NCBI GenBank assembly: GCA_964344575.1 | Contig: CAYFOA010000020.1 | Location: 691-64,690, forward strand | Direction of reading: 5' to 3' | DNA length: 64,000 bases | Source: an uncultured Rickettsiales bacterium | GTDB taxonomy: Bacteria > Myxococcota_A > UBA796 > UBA9615 | Part shown: piece by piece, positions 26,876 through 36,322 of the stretch | Position numbering within the stretch: position 1 is the stretch's first letter | Layout of the letters: each line of letters opens with the position of its first letter | Notes under the pieces: generated by a model | What the model was told of the DNA's origin: nothing | Seen by the model: only the letters and a program-made list of their open reading frames with translations | The model's database searches: none | Translations under genes and position numbers: made by a program

Positions 26876-27670
26876 CTAGTCCTCGTAGTCGTAGTCCGAC
26901 TCGAACTGGACCGACGCGCGGACCGTGAAGCTGAACCGGTAGGTCATGGTCAGCGACGTGTAGAGCGAGAACTGCGTCACCGTGGAGATGACGTCGAAGT
27001 ACTCGGGGTTGTTGGCCCGCGCGTACGCGAACTTGATGCCGAAGAACTCGCCGCCGAGGGCGAAGTTGTCGTTGAAGTAGTACTCGGCGCCGAAGGACAG
27101 CTTGAAGCCGAGGGGGCTCAGGAGCTGGCCGTCGTACGCGTTGAACTCGAGATCGACGTCGTCGAAGCTGTCGTTGTAGTCGTCGTCGTTGATCGAGCCG
27201 AAGTACTTGAAGAACGCGAGGTTCAGGAACGGGGGCGCCTTGCCCTTGGCCCGCTCGATGAAGAAGAACTTCGCGCCGATCTCGAGGCCGAACTGCAGCG
27301 CCGAGCCGGTGTCGTTGTCGACGAGGTCGTCGTCGACGTCGTCCGGGTCGTGGTCGTGGGTGTAGGCGAGGCGGTACATCCCGAACCCGAGGTAGGGGAC
27401 GATCTGGTCGCCGCGGCCGAAGCCGACGCCGAAGTGGATGTTGATCCCGGGCTGCGGGAGGCCGCCCTTGCCCCACGCCGGGCCCTGCCCGAGCGCGGTG
27501 CCGTCGCTGCCCGGGTTGATGCCGCGGCCGCTGCCGAACGTGACGACGTCGCCCATCTCCCAGGTGTTGATCAGGTTGAGTGAGACCGCGTTGGCGTCGC
27601 TCGGGGCGCCGATGACGACCATGCTCCCAGCGACCAGCACGGTCGCGACCAGCTTCGTGAACTTCTGCAT
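26876..27670 (-). CDS. Outer-membrane beta-barrel protein (OmpA/OmpW-like size)
   Basis: Signal peptide ending DANA; alternating amphipathic strands (GFKLSFGAEYYF, FALGGEF, YTSLTMTYRF); acidic loops. Start ATG 27670 within the long ORF-track frame. Confidence 0.75.
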   Translation of the reverse strand: MQKFTKLVATVLVAGSMVVIGAPSDANAVSLNLINTWEMGDVVTFGSGRGINPGSDGTALGQGPAWGKGGLPQPGINIHFGVGFGRGDQIVPYLGFGMYRLAYTHDHDPDDVDDDLVDNDTGSALQFGLEIGAKFFFIERAKGKAPPFLNLAFFKYFGSINDDDYNDSFDDVDLEFNAYDGQLLSPLGFKLSFGAEYYFNDNFALGGEFFGIKFAYARANNPEYFDVISTVTQFSLYTSLTMTYRFSFTVRASVQFESDYDYED

Positions 27671-27789
27671 CTTCTTCCCTCTCCGTGTGGGTGCTGGCGT
27701 CGAGCCGCTGCCGTTCGCCCGGGGCCAAGCGGGCGTGCCTCTCGTACGCGGGGCGGGTGATATCAACAATCCGCGCGGGATTGCAAGCC

Positions 27790-29739
27790 CTACCAGAGGG
27801 GAGAACCGTCGAGATCCGAAGGCAGGGGGACCCCGAGACCCTTCAGGAACGTCGGGGCGAGGTCTTCGATTCCCGGATCCTCGAGGGAGACCGGCCGGCT
27901 CACGAAGAGGACTCCGTGCGTGTCCGTCGCCGAGCTCGCCGCGTGATCGCCCGACCATTTCTTGTCGTTGTCCTCGAACTGCGTCGGGCCCATGCCCCCC
28001 AGCTTGGTCGCCCACGACGTCTGGTAGCCGTCCGCGAACGCCAGCTGCAGGTCCGGCGGCGCCACCCCGCCGGGGTGCAGCGTCCGCCCCTCGTGGACGT
28101 CGACGAAGACCTGCGCGCCGGTCTGGGGGTCCGTGAGGGCCTTCAGCTTCGTCGCGATCTCGGCGACCAGGGCGTCGTACTCGGCGCCGAAGCCGACGAC
28201 GCCCTGCTGCTCCCGCCCCTGGAGGTTGACGTAGATCTGGCCGGTCCCGACCGCGTACGCCCGCGTCGCGCTCCAGTCGCCGGGGACGTAGTAGCCCTCG
28301 TCCGCGAGCCAGCGGTTGACGTGGAACTGGCGGGCGAAGCCCCCGAAGCCGTGGTCGCTCATGAGCACCAGCGTCGTGTCGGGCGGCAGCTTCGCCCGGA
28401 CCTCCCCCACGATCGCGTCCATGCCGTCGTACACGCGGTCGATCGCGTCGCCGTGCTTCGCCGCCAGCGCCGCGTCGTAGCGGGGGTGGGTGGGGTCCGT
28501 CAGCCGCCACAGCATGTGCGCCACGCGGTCGGTCCCCGTCCACACCGAGACGAAGAGCGGCGGCGGGCCGGCGTCGAGCGCCGCCAGCGCCATCGTCCGG
28601 CGCTGCTCCATCACCTCGGCCACCTCCTCGAGGAACACGTCTTCGGGGACCTGCTCGGTGTTCAGGGCCTGCGTGTCCTCCTCCCAGCCGACCGTCTTGT
28701 AGCGGCCGGCGACCGCCGCCAGCTCCTCGGCGAGCGAGGGCGGGTGGGACAGCGGCACCCAGGGCTCGGCGGGGTCGGCGCCGACCGGCGTCATGTAGAC
28801 GTGGACGCGGTCTGCGTTCGCCTCGATCACGCGGAACCGGACCTGGCCCTTGGCGATCGTCGTGGGGCCGGCGGGGAGGTCGACCACGAGCCAGTCCGAC
28901 CACGCCCCCGTGGGCACCTCGAAGGCCACCGTGGACGTCGCGATCTCCAGCACGCCGGGCTTGCCGTCGACCAGCCGGAAGCCCACCGCGAGGCTGCCGC
29001 GGGCGCCCGACGTCGACCGCACGGGCCCCTCGATCCGGCCCGCGGCGGCGCCGTTCGTCATCGTCAGCGGCTCGGCCCGGACGCCCCCCAGCGACGGCGG
29101 CTTCCCCCCCGCGAAGTCCGTCGAGAAGATCGTCGAGGTCGAGTTCGTGGGGCGCAGGTCGGGCAGCCCCAGCCCCGACGCGACGCCGCCGTTCGTGACC
29201 TCGTCGGGCGGCCACGAGTAGGGGACGTTGACGATGCGGACGCCCACCCCCGCGTCGCTCGCGAGCTTCCAGAACGGCTCCCCGCGCCGCAGGTTCCGCC
29301 CCCCGATCGACCCCTCCGGCTCCCCGTAGACGTCGAACCGCGGGGGGAGGTACTCGACGAACCCCATCTTCGGGAGGTACGTCCGCGGATCGCGGGCGAG
29401 GAAGTCGTAGACGCCGTGCTTGCCCGGGAGCGTCCCCGTGGCGAACGTCGTCCACGCGACGGGCGACTGGGGCGGGGTCGTCGACCGGAGCTCCGCGAAC
29501 GTCCCCTCGTCGGCCAGCGCCTTCAGGTGGGGGAGCTCCCCCTTGGCCCAGCGGGCGCGGACGAGGTCGGGATCGACGCCGTCGAAGCCGAGGACGACGA
29601 ACCGCTCGGACGGCGTGGCGACGAACGGCGCGGGCGTCGCGTCGGGATCGGCGTCCCCTCCCCCGCAGGTCGAGGCGAGGACGGCCGAGACCGCCCCGCC
29701 GGCGACGACGGCTAGGAGGAGGGCTGCTCGACCCGACAC
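27790..29739 (-). CDS. Exported alkaline phosphatase superfamily (nucleotide pyrophosphatase-like) protein
   Basis: GTG 29739 with hydrophobic leader; VLGFDGVD, LRSTTPPQSPVAW, DRVAHMLW, MSDHGFG, SGDH. Confidence 0.82.
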   Translation of the reverse strand: MSGRAALLLAVVAGGAVSAVLASTCGGGDADPDATPAPFVATPSERFVVLGFDGVDPDLVRARWAKGELPHLKALADEGTFAELRSTTPPQSPVAWTTFATGTLPGKHGVYDFLARDPRTYLPKMGFVEYLPPRFDVYGEPEGSIGGRNLRRGEPFWKLASDAGVGVRIVNVPYSWPPDEVTNGGVASGLGLPDLRPTNSTSTIFSTDFAGGKPPSLGGVRAEPLTMTNGAAAGRIEGPVRSTSGARGSLAVGFRLVDGKPGVLEIATSTVAFEVPTGAWSDWLVVDLPAGPTTIAKGQVRFRVIEANADRVHVYMTPVGADPAEPWVPLSHPPSLAEELAAVAGRYKTVGWEEDTQALNTEQVPEDVFLEEVAEVMEQRRTMALAALDAGPPPLFVSVWTGTDRVAHMLWRLTDPTHPRYDAALAAKHGDAIDRVYDGMDAIVGEVRAKLPPDTTLVLMSDHGFGGFARQFHVNRWLADEGYYVPGDWSATRAYAVGTGQIYVNLQGREQQGVVGFGAEYDALVAEIATKLKALTDPQTGAQVFVDVHEGRTLHPGGVAPPDLQLAFADGYQTSWATKLGGMGPTQFEDNDKKWSGDHAASSATDTHGVLFVSRPVSLEDPGIEDLAPTFLKGLGVPLPSDLDGSPLW

Positions 29740-30905
29740 CGGCCGGCGAGGGCGCCGAAGCGGGCGTCCTCGGGGAAGTCGCGGAGCGCGCGCGTCAGCC
29801 CGTCGGCGAGCTCGTCGGCGCGATCCAGGGTGCACATCGAGACGAGCAGATCGAACCGCCACGTCGGGTCGTCGGGGCGCGCCTCGGCGGCCATCCGGTA
29901 GTGCGCCAGCCCCTCGGACTCGCGCGCCTGGCGGGACAGCGTCATCGCCAGGAGGTGGTGCAGCGCCGGGTCGCCGTCCGACGCCTTGAGCGCCGCCCGC
30001 GCCGCCGCCTCGGCGTCCTCGTACGCGCCCAGCGCGAGGAGCTGCCCCGCCGCCGCGGTCAGCGCCGCGCGGTCCGGCTGACCGTGCTGGACGACCTGCG
30101 CCAGCGCCCGCGTCGCCTCCTCGGTCTTCCCCAGGCGGGCCAGCGCCACGCCGCGGTACCACGAGTCGAGCCCGCCCCCCGCGGTGCTCGCGCCCGCCTC
30201 CGAGGACGCCGCCACGAGCCCGTCCCAGTCCCCCGCGGCGGTCAGCCGCTCGAAGAGGTCCCGCCGGTAGGCCCCCACCTCGGGGGCCCGCTCCACGGCC
30301 CGCCGGGACGCCGCCAGCGCCCCCCGCGCGTCCCCCAGCTCGGCGCAGAGGAGCGCCAGCTGGTGGGCCGACTCCGCCGACGGCCGCGCCCCCTCCAACG
30401 CCTCCAGCGCGGTGCGCGCCCCGGCGAGGTCCCCCTTGGCGATCAGCACGTACACGCGCGCCCGGCGCACCGGGACCTCGGCGGCCAGCGTCCGCTCCAG
30501 CTCGGCGACGATCTTCTCCGCCTGGGCCACGCGGCCGCTGTCGAGGTAGAGGTTGACGAGCTGGATGCCGACCCACGCGTCGGGCCGCTGGCGGAGGCTC
30601 CGCCGCAGCGCCCCCTCGGCCTGGAGGGAGCGTCCGGACGCCGCCGCCGCGATCCCGAGCAGGTGGAGGGCGTCGGGATCGCGCGGCCGCTCCCGGAGCA
30701 GTCTCCGGGCGTCGGTCCGGGCGCCGTCGGCGTCGCCCGCGCGGAGCCGGAACCACGCCTGGGCGAGGCCGTCCCAGCGCCGCATGGCGTCACGCAGACC
30801 GGCCATGGGGACGCCGTCGAGGCCGTCGGACGAAGGGGGAGTGGTGGCTCCGGCAGACGCGGGAACCGCCAGGATCAGGACGAGCAACAGCAGAAAGGTA
30901 CGCAA
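29712..30905 (-). CDS. Exported tetratricopeptide-repeat protein
   Basis: Likely TTG 30905 after CAGGAG; signal peptide VPASA; repeated ALHLLG..A / AHQLA / LHHLLA TPR-like helices. Confidence 0.72.
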   Translation of the reverse strand: MRTFLLLLVLILAVPASAGATTPPSSDGLDGVPMAGLRDAMRRWDGLAQAWFRLRAGDADGARTDARRLLRERPRDPDALHLLGIAAAASGRSLQAEGALRRSLRQRPDAWVGIQLVNLYLDSGRVAQAEKIVAELERTLAAEVPVRRARVYVLIAKGDLAGARTALEALEGARPSAESAHQLALLCAELGDARGALAASRRAVERAPEVGAYRRDLFERLTAAGDWDGLVAASSEAGASTAGGGLDSWYRGVALARLGKTEEATRALAQVVQHGQPDRAALTAAAGQLLALGAYEDAEAAARAALKASDGDPALHHLLAMTLSRQARESEGLAHYRMAAEARPDDPTWRFDLLVSMCTLDRADELADGLTRALRDFPEDARFGALAGRCRVEQPSS

Positions 30906-31015
30906 CAGCAGCTCCTGGGGCCGCCCCACGATACCAGAGCAGTCCCCCGATCCGACGCCCGACGCGCCCGCGGCATTCAAGGCGACCCCTCGATCTGCGT
31001 GCTACCTTCCGCTCC

Positions 31016-32134
31016 GTGACGCAGACGCTGTACAGCGACGAGATCGGCCTTGACGAGGGGCAGGTGATCGCGGGCCGGATCCGCCACTCCGACGGCGGGG
31101 AGCTCCGCGGCCCGTACACGATGGAGCTGTACCCCACGATGACGTGCAACATCGACTGCGTCTTCTGCGACACGACGTACCGCAAGGGGAAGCAGACGGG
31201 CGAGCTGACGGCCGACCAGTACTGGAAGATCCTCGACGACGCCGCCGCGATGGGCGTCCGCCGCGTCTTCATCCTCGGCGGCGGCGAGCCGATGGTCCGG
31301 AAGGACGTCACCCCCGAGCTGATGCGCCGCATCAAGGCGCACGGCATGGAGGGCCACATCGCGACGAACGGGACGCTCTTCGACGACGCGATGATCGACC
31401 AGGTGATCGAGACGGAGTGGGACGAAATCCACCTCTCCCTGGACGCCCCCGATGCGGCCGTCGCCGACTACCTCCGGGGCCGCAAGGGCGTCTTCGACCA
31501 GGTCGCCAAGGCGATGTGCCGGATCCACGGCCGCAAGCACTTCCGGTTCGGCCGCGGCCCCCAGGACGCGCCGCGGATGCTGATCCACGCGGTCGTCACG
31601 AACAAGAACCACCGGATGTTCGCGGACATGGTCCGGTTCGCCCACGCCGTCGGCGCGTACCGGGTCAACTTCGACTACATCATCGCCTACCGCCCCGAGC
31701 AGCACGCCCTGAAGCTGAACGACGACGAGCGGGCGGAGATCCCGGAGTACGTGGAGGAGGGGATGGCCGTCGCGGAGGAGCTCGGCATCATCACGACGCT
31801 CGAGCACTTCCTCCGCCCGTCGACGATGGACCGCGGGAACATGACGTTCGAGTTCGCCCAGGAGGGCCCCCGCGACGCCGCGAACGCCCCCTGCCTCAAC
31901 CCCTGGTACTACCTCGTCGTCCACCCCGACGGGAAGACCTCCCCCTGCTGCGTGATCCCGGGGGTCGGCGACGACGTCCGCGACGGCCTGACCGACGTCT
32001 GGAACGGCGGCGACGGCACCTTCTTCGGCGACCTCCGCCGGAACATGGTCGACAAGGAGATGACGGACCTGTGTCGGAACTGCACCTACTCGATCATCTC
32101 GCGGAACGACTACATCCGGGAGTACCTGCAGTGA
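31016..32134 (+). CDS. Radical SAM protein with C-terminal SPASM/twitch domain
   Basis: CNIDCVFC, GGGEP, C-terminal CLNPW...DGKTSPCC...CRNC. Confidence 0.92.
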   Translation: MTQTLYSDEIGLDEGQVIAGRIRHSDGGELRGPYTMELYPTMTCNIDCVFCDTTYRKGKQTGELTADQYWKILDDAAAMGVRRVFILGGGEPMVRKDVTPELMRRIKAHGMEGHIATNGTLFDDAMIDQVIETEWDEIHLSLDAPDAAVADYLRGRKGVFDQVAKAMCRIHGRKHFRFGRGPQDAPRMLIHAVVTNKNHRMFADMVRFAHAVGAYRVNFDYIIAYRPEQHALKLNDDERAEIPEYVEEGMAVAEELGIITTLEHFLRPSTMDRGNMTFEFAQEGPRDAANAPCLNPWYYLVVHPDGKTSPCCVIPGVGDDVRDGLTDVWNGGDGTFFGDLRRNMVDKEMTDLCRNCTYSIISRNDYIREYLQ

Positions 32135-32919
32135 CGGGCACCGGGCAGCCGATCAACCTCAACCTCGAGCTGACGGACCTCTGCAACATCAAGTGCCGGA
32201 TGTGCGGCCAGGCGGACAACCCCAAGGTCCACAACCTCCAGCCCAACTCGTTCATGAAGTGGGACGTCTGGAAGGCGTCGATCGACGCGCTGGAGCACTA
32301 CACGGACGAGGTCTCGCTGTGCCCCCACTGGCTCGGGGAGCCGACGCTGCACCCCGAGTTCGACCGGTTCGTCCGCTACGCCTTCGAGCAGAACGAGGGG
32401 AACCGGCTCTTCCGCCACTTCAAGCTCCACACCAACGGCTCGCTGCTGTCGGACGAGCGGATCGAGACGCTCCTGGAGTGCGCGAACCTGGACACGATGG
32501 CGGACGACACGTTCCGCTTCGTCCACTTCTCCGTCGACGCCTTCACCCCCGCCGTCTACGAGCAGATCAAGAAGTTCGACTACGGCGCCCGCGTCTACCG
32601 GAACATCGTCCGCCTGATCGAGCAGCGGGAGGCGCGGGGCCTGAAGTGGCCCTACGTGACCAACGCGTTCATCGTCATGCCCGAGAACCAGCACGAGGCG
32701 GGGTGGTACCTCGACTACTGGCGGACGACCTTCGAGCGGCTCGGCGTCGAGTGGACGATCTTCTACGACTGGCCCGACCGGACGGTGGACAACGTCTACT
32801 ACCGGCGGCTGCACCAGGCAGACCAGGCGGCGGCCGACCGGCTCCACCGGATCGTCCTCGACCGGCTCGGCGTGCTCGGGATGGACGAGGCCGGCAACTT
32901 CGTGGAGGACAGCTTCTGA
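32131..32919 (+). CDS. Radical SAM protein lacking its own SPASM domain
   Basis: GTGA overlap; ELTDLCNIKCRMC, WLGEPTLHP, LHTNG, FSVDA; stops at TGA 32917-32919. Confidence 0.88.
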   Translation: MTGTGQPINLNLELTDLCNIKCRMCGQADNPKVHNLQPNSFMKWDVWKASIDALEHYTDEVSLCPHWLGEPTLHPEFDRFVRYAFEQNEGNRLFRHFKLHTNGSLLSDERIETLLECANLDTMADDTFRFVHFSVDAFTPAVYEQIKKFDYGARVYRNIVRLIEQREARGLKWPYVTNAFIVMPENQHEAGWYLDYWRTTFERLGVEWTIFYDWPDRTVDNVYYRRLHQADQAAADRLHRIVLDRLGVLGMDEAGNFVEDSF

Positions 32920-33284
32920 TGGCGACCCACGGCGACGATCGCCGCCCCTGCTCGGGGCTCTGGAACACGCCGATGGTCTACGTCAACGGCGACGTCACGA
33001 CCTGCTGCCTCGACCAGCACCTCGACAACTGCCTCGGCAACATCACGGAGCAGCCCTTCGAGGAGATCTGGAACGGCCCCACCAACCACGGCTGGCGGGT
33101 CGCCCACGCGCTGGACCGGTACGCCGAGAGCGGCCCCTACTGCGCGGAGTGCAACTGGCGCAGCGCCGGCGCGATGCCCCACGACAAGGTCGTCGCCTAC
33201 CTCGAGCACACCGGAGAGACCGAGGTCGTGCAGCTCTATCGCAAGCGATGGAAGCTTGGCTCCAATGGGGCGGCGGACACCTGA
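32919..33284 (+). CDS. Stand-alone SPASM/twitch Fe-S domain protein
   Basis: TGATG overlap with GGAGG upstream; PCSGLW...NGDVTTCCLD...LGNI....FEEIWNG...CAEC. Confidence 0.82.
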   Translation: MATHGDDRRPCSGLWNTPMVYVNGDVTTCCLDQHLDNCLGNITEQPFEEIWNGPTNHGWRVAHALDRYAESGPYCAECNWRSAGAMPHDKVVAYLEHTGETEVVQLYRKRWKLGSNGAADT

Positions 33285-33389
33285 TTCGCTCAAATCGGGC
33301 TCCCGTTTCGCGCTTGCTTTGGATATCCTAGGGGTGTTTTTGCACCCCTTTCGCAAGGACGAACCAGGGGGCTGGTTGGAGGGCGCGCC

Positions 33390-34232
33390 GTGGCGGTGGA
33401 CGGCGATCGACGACGGTTCATGCGTGAACCCTGCTTGATCTCGGCGTACCTGCGGGTCGGGTCGCGCATCCACGAAGGCACGCTCGTCAACATCTCCAAC
33501 AATGGTGGCTACTTTGCGTCCAAGCGTCCGGTCGAGCCGGGGAGCCGCGTGCAGCTCCGGTTCCGCCACCCCTGGACGGAGGAGACGGTCACCGCCCGCG
33601 GCATCGTCATGCGGTCGATCGGCGCGGGGAGCCGGGAGGGGCCGCAGCCGGGGCTGGGGATCGCGCTGCTGGACTCGCTCTCGGACCTCGAGGACGAGCC
33701 GGATCCCACGTCGGGGACCTTCTCGGTGCCCGTCGCCCAGGAGGTGGAGCGGCTGACGGCGCAGGCGCGGGCGCGGACGGCGGCCCGGCTCAAGGCGGCG
33801 TCGCGGCCGGGGAGCAAGGTCGGCATCCCCGCGGTCTCGGGGACGGGCTCGCACCCCAAGGTCAAGGCCCACCAGATGCGCCAGGCCCGCTACAAGACGG
33901 ACCGGCTGACGGTGAACTTCTACGGCGCCGGCCGCCGCGACTCGGTGGGGCTGCTGTCCGACATCAGCGTGGGCGGGCTGCACGTCCTGACCCGCGACCC
34001 GCCGGAGATGAACCGCCTCGTCCGGCTCGAGATCCTCGACGAGGGGCGCCCCTCGCTGAAGATCGCGGGCAAGGTCACCTGGTCCGAGCCCGAGGACACG
34101 CCGGAGCGGAAGGCCGGGTTCGGCATCCGCATCCTCCACTTCCTGTCGGCCGACGACGAGAAGCGGTGGGACGGCTTCCTCGAGGCGATGCGGGCCCGCA
34201 GCACCTCCGGAGCGTACGCGCAGCCCGGCTAG
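33390..34232 (+). CDS. Tandem PilZ-domain protein
   Basis: First domain RRRFMR...NISNNG; second domain MRQAR...DISVGG...GKVTW...GFGIRI. Confidence 0.8.
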   Translation: MAVDGDRRRFMREPCLISAYLRVGSRIHEGTLVNISNNGGYFASKRPVEPGSRVQLRFRHPWTEETVTARGIVMRSIGAGSREGPQPGLGIALLDSLSDLEDEPDPTSGTFSVPVAQEVERLTAQARARTAARLKAASRPGSKVGIPAVSGTGSHPKVKAHQMRQARYKTDRLTVNFYGAGRRDSVGLLSDISVGGLHVLTRDPPEMNRLVRLEILDEGRPSLKIAGKVTWSEPEDTPERKAGFGIRILHFLSADDEKRWDGFLEAMRARSTSGAYAQPG

Positions 34233-34253
34233 AGAGCGGTTAGGCTGCGCGGC

Positions 34254-35225
34254 ATGCAGCAGCCTCAGGGCGAACACCTCCTCGTCACCGGCGGCGCCGG
34301 GTTCATCGGCAGCACGCTGATCCGCCGGATCGCGGACGACAATCGGATCGTCATCCTCGACACGTTCGGGCGGAACGCGCTCCGCTACCACCCCGGGCTC
34401 GCCGACCACCCCCACGTCACCGTGGTCGAGGGGTCGGTGCTGGAGCGGGGAGACGTCGACCGGGCCATCGAGGGCGCCACGATGGTCGTCCATTGCGCCG
34501 CCGTGGCCGGGATCGACAGCGTCGGGACGCACCCCACGCGGACGATGTCGGTCAACGTGATCGGGACCTGGAACGTGCTCGAGGCGGCCGTCGCGGCGGG
34601 ACGGATCAAGCGGTTCGTCGACTTCTCCACCTCCGAGGTCTTCGGGCAGCACGCCTGGAAGGTCAGCGAGGAGGACGCGACGACGGTGGCGCCGCCGGGC
34701 GAGTCGCGCTGGACCTACGCCGCGTCGAAGCTCGCGACCGAGCACATGGCGCACGCCTACCACGCCGAGTACGGGCTCCCCGTGGTCTGCCTCCGGCCGT
34801 TCAACGTGTACGGGCCGCGGCAGGTCGGCGAGGGGGCGATCCACCACTTCATCCGGCGCGCCGTGGAGGGGGCCCCGCTGACGATCTACGGCGACGGGAC
34901 CCAGGTCCGGGCGTGGTGCTACGTGGACGACATGGTCGACGCGCTGTGCCGCTCCCTGGTCAAGAGCGCCGCCGTGGGCCAGTCGTTCAACGTCGGCAAC
35001 CCCCGGGCGAGCCTCACCGTCGCGCAGCTCGCCCACGAGGTCGTCCGCGCCGCGGGGAGCGACTCGCCGGTCACCCACATCGAGCGGGAGGGGCCCGACG
35101 TCGAGCTCCGCGTGCCCGACATCGACAAGGCCCGGCGCCTCCTCGGGTACGAGCCCCAGGTCGACCTCCGCGAGGGGCTGCGGCGCACGATCGACTGGTA
35201 CCGCGCCCTGGAGAGCGCCGCTTGA
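34254..35225 (+). CDS. NAD-dependent nucleotide-sugar epimerase/dehydratase (ArnA/UXS-like SDR)
   Basis: TGGAGFIG, FSTSEVFG, RWTYAASK, RPFNVYGP, VRAWCYVDD. Confidence 0.92.
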   Translation: MQQPQGEHLLVTGGAGFIGSTLIRRIADDNRIVILDTFGRNALRYHPGLADHPHVTVVEGSVLERGDVDRAIEGATMVVHCAAVAGIDSVGTHPTRTMSVNVIGTWNVLEAAVAAGRIKRFVDFSTSEVFGQHAWKVSEEDATTVAPPGESRWTYAASKLATEHMAHAYHAEYGLPVVCLRPFNVYGPRQVGEGAIHHFIRRAVEGAPLTIYGDGTQVRAWCYVDDMVDALCRSLVKSAAVGQSFNVGNPRASLTVAQLAHEVVRAAGSDSPVTHIEREGPDVELRVPDIDKARRLLGYEPQVDLREGLRRTIDWYRALESAA

Positions 35226-36310
35226 TCCGGCTCGCCAAGCCGCTCCTCGGGGCCGAGGAGGCCGCCGCGGTCGCCGCCGTGCTGGAGAGCGGGTGGCTGG
35301 TCCAGGGGCCGCGGGTGGCGGAGTTCGAGGGGCTGCTCGCGGGCGTGATCGGGACGAAGCACGTGGTCGCGTGCAGTTCGGGGACGACGGCGCTGCAGCT
35401 CGGGCTGGCCGCGCTGGAGCCGACGCCGACGCGCGTCGCGGTGCCCGCCTACACGTTCCCCGCGACGATCAACGCGGTGCTCCTGGCGGGGATGGCGCCG
35501 GTGCTCGTGGACGTGGATCCGTCGACGTTCAACCTCGACCCCGACGACCTGGAGCGGGTGCTGCCGGACGTCGACCTCGTCATGCCGGTCCACCAGTTCG
35601 GGCTCCCCGCCCCGATCGGGGGGCTGCAGGACCGGATCGCGGTGCTGGAGGACGCGGCCTGCGCGCTCGGGGCGGCGCTGGACGGGGCGGACGCGGGGAC
35701 GCTGGGGGCGGCCGGCTGCTTCAGCTTCCACCCCCGGAAGATCATCACCACCGGCGAGGGGGGCGCGGTCTCGACGGACGACGACGCGCTGGCGGAGCGA
35801 ATGAGGCTGCTCCGGAACCACGGCATGACGCGGTTCGAGGACGGGACGCGGGGCTTCTCGGCGGCCGGCTACAACTGGCGGCTGTCGGAGATCCACGCGG
35901 CGGTGGGGGTGGTCCAGATGGGGCGGCTCGACGACCTGCTGGCGGACCGGCGGCGGATCGCGGCGGGGTACGAACAGCGCCTCCGTCCCCTGGCCGGGGA
36001 GCTCGGCCTCGCCCTCCCCCGCGTTCCGGACGGCGCCACCCCGACGTGGCAGTCCTACGTCGTCCGCGTCCCCGCCGGACGGTCCGTCCCCGAGGTCCTC
36101 GCGTCGATGCGCGCAGCCGGCGTCGAGGCGTCCACGGGCGCGACCGCGCTGCACCTCGAACCGGCCTACCGCGACGTCCCCGGCTGCCGCCGTCCCCTCC
36201 CCGGCACCGACGACGTCGCCGCCCGCGCCGTCGCCCTCCCCGTCCCCACGGGGCTGTCCGACGCCGATCTCGACGCCGTGGCGGCAGCCCTCCGAGCCGC
36301 GATCGAGTAG
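35222..36310 (+). CDS. DegT/DnrJ/EryC1/StrS sugar aminotransferase
   Basis: TTG 35222 overlapping the upstream TGA; SSGTTAL, LEDAACALG, FSFHPRKIITTGEGG, GYNWRLSE. Confidence 0.92.
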   Translation: MIRLAKPLLGAEEAAAVAAVLESGWLVQGPRVAEFEGLLAGVIGTKHVVACSSGTTALQLGLAALEPTPTRVAVPAYTFPATINAVLLAGMAPVLVDVDPSTFNLDPDDLERVLPDVDLVMPVHQFGLPAPIGGLQDRIAVLEDAACALGAALDGADAGTLGAAGCFSFHPRKIITTGEGGAVSTDDDALAERMRLLRNHGMTRFEDGTRGFSAAGYNWRLSEIHAAVGVVQMGRLDDLLADRRRIAAGYEQRLRPLAGELGLALPRVPDGATPTWQSYVVRVPAGRSVPEVLASMRAAGVEASTGATALHLEPAYRDVPGCRRPLPGTDDVAARAVALPVPTGLSDADLDAVAAALRAAIE

Positions 36311-36322
36311 GATTCGCGCCGC

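Noticed and set aside
27755-27786. Sigma70 promoter for the OM barrel gene (TTGCAA on the minus strand)
   Set aside because: No convincing -10 hexamer at 16-18 nt spacing.
32917-32919. Selenocysteine or readthrough at the radical SAM TGA
   Set aside because: The SPASM ORF is in a different frame, so readthrough would not fuse them; no SECIS-like hairpin evident.
31016-33284. RiPP cluster (radical SAM/SPASM plus peptide precursor)
   Set aside because: No small precursor ORF, RRE/PqqD domain or peptidase-transporter nearby; context is sugar metabolism.
33330-33349. Short hairpin aggggtg-N6-cacccct in the lower-GC gap before the PilZ gene
   Set aside because: Only a 7-bp stem with no U-tract; cannot distinguish from chance, and no sigma54 GG-N10-GC match was found.
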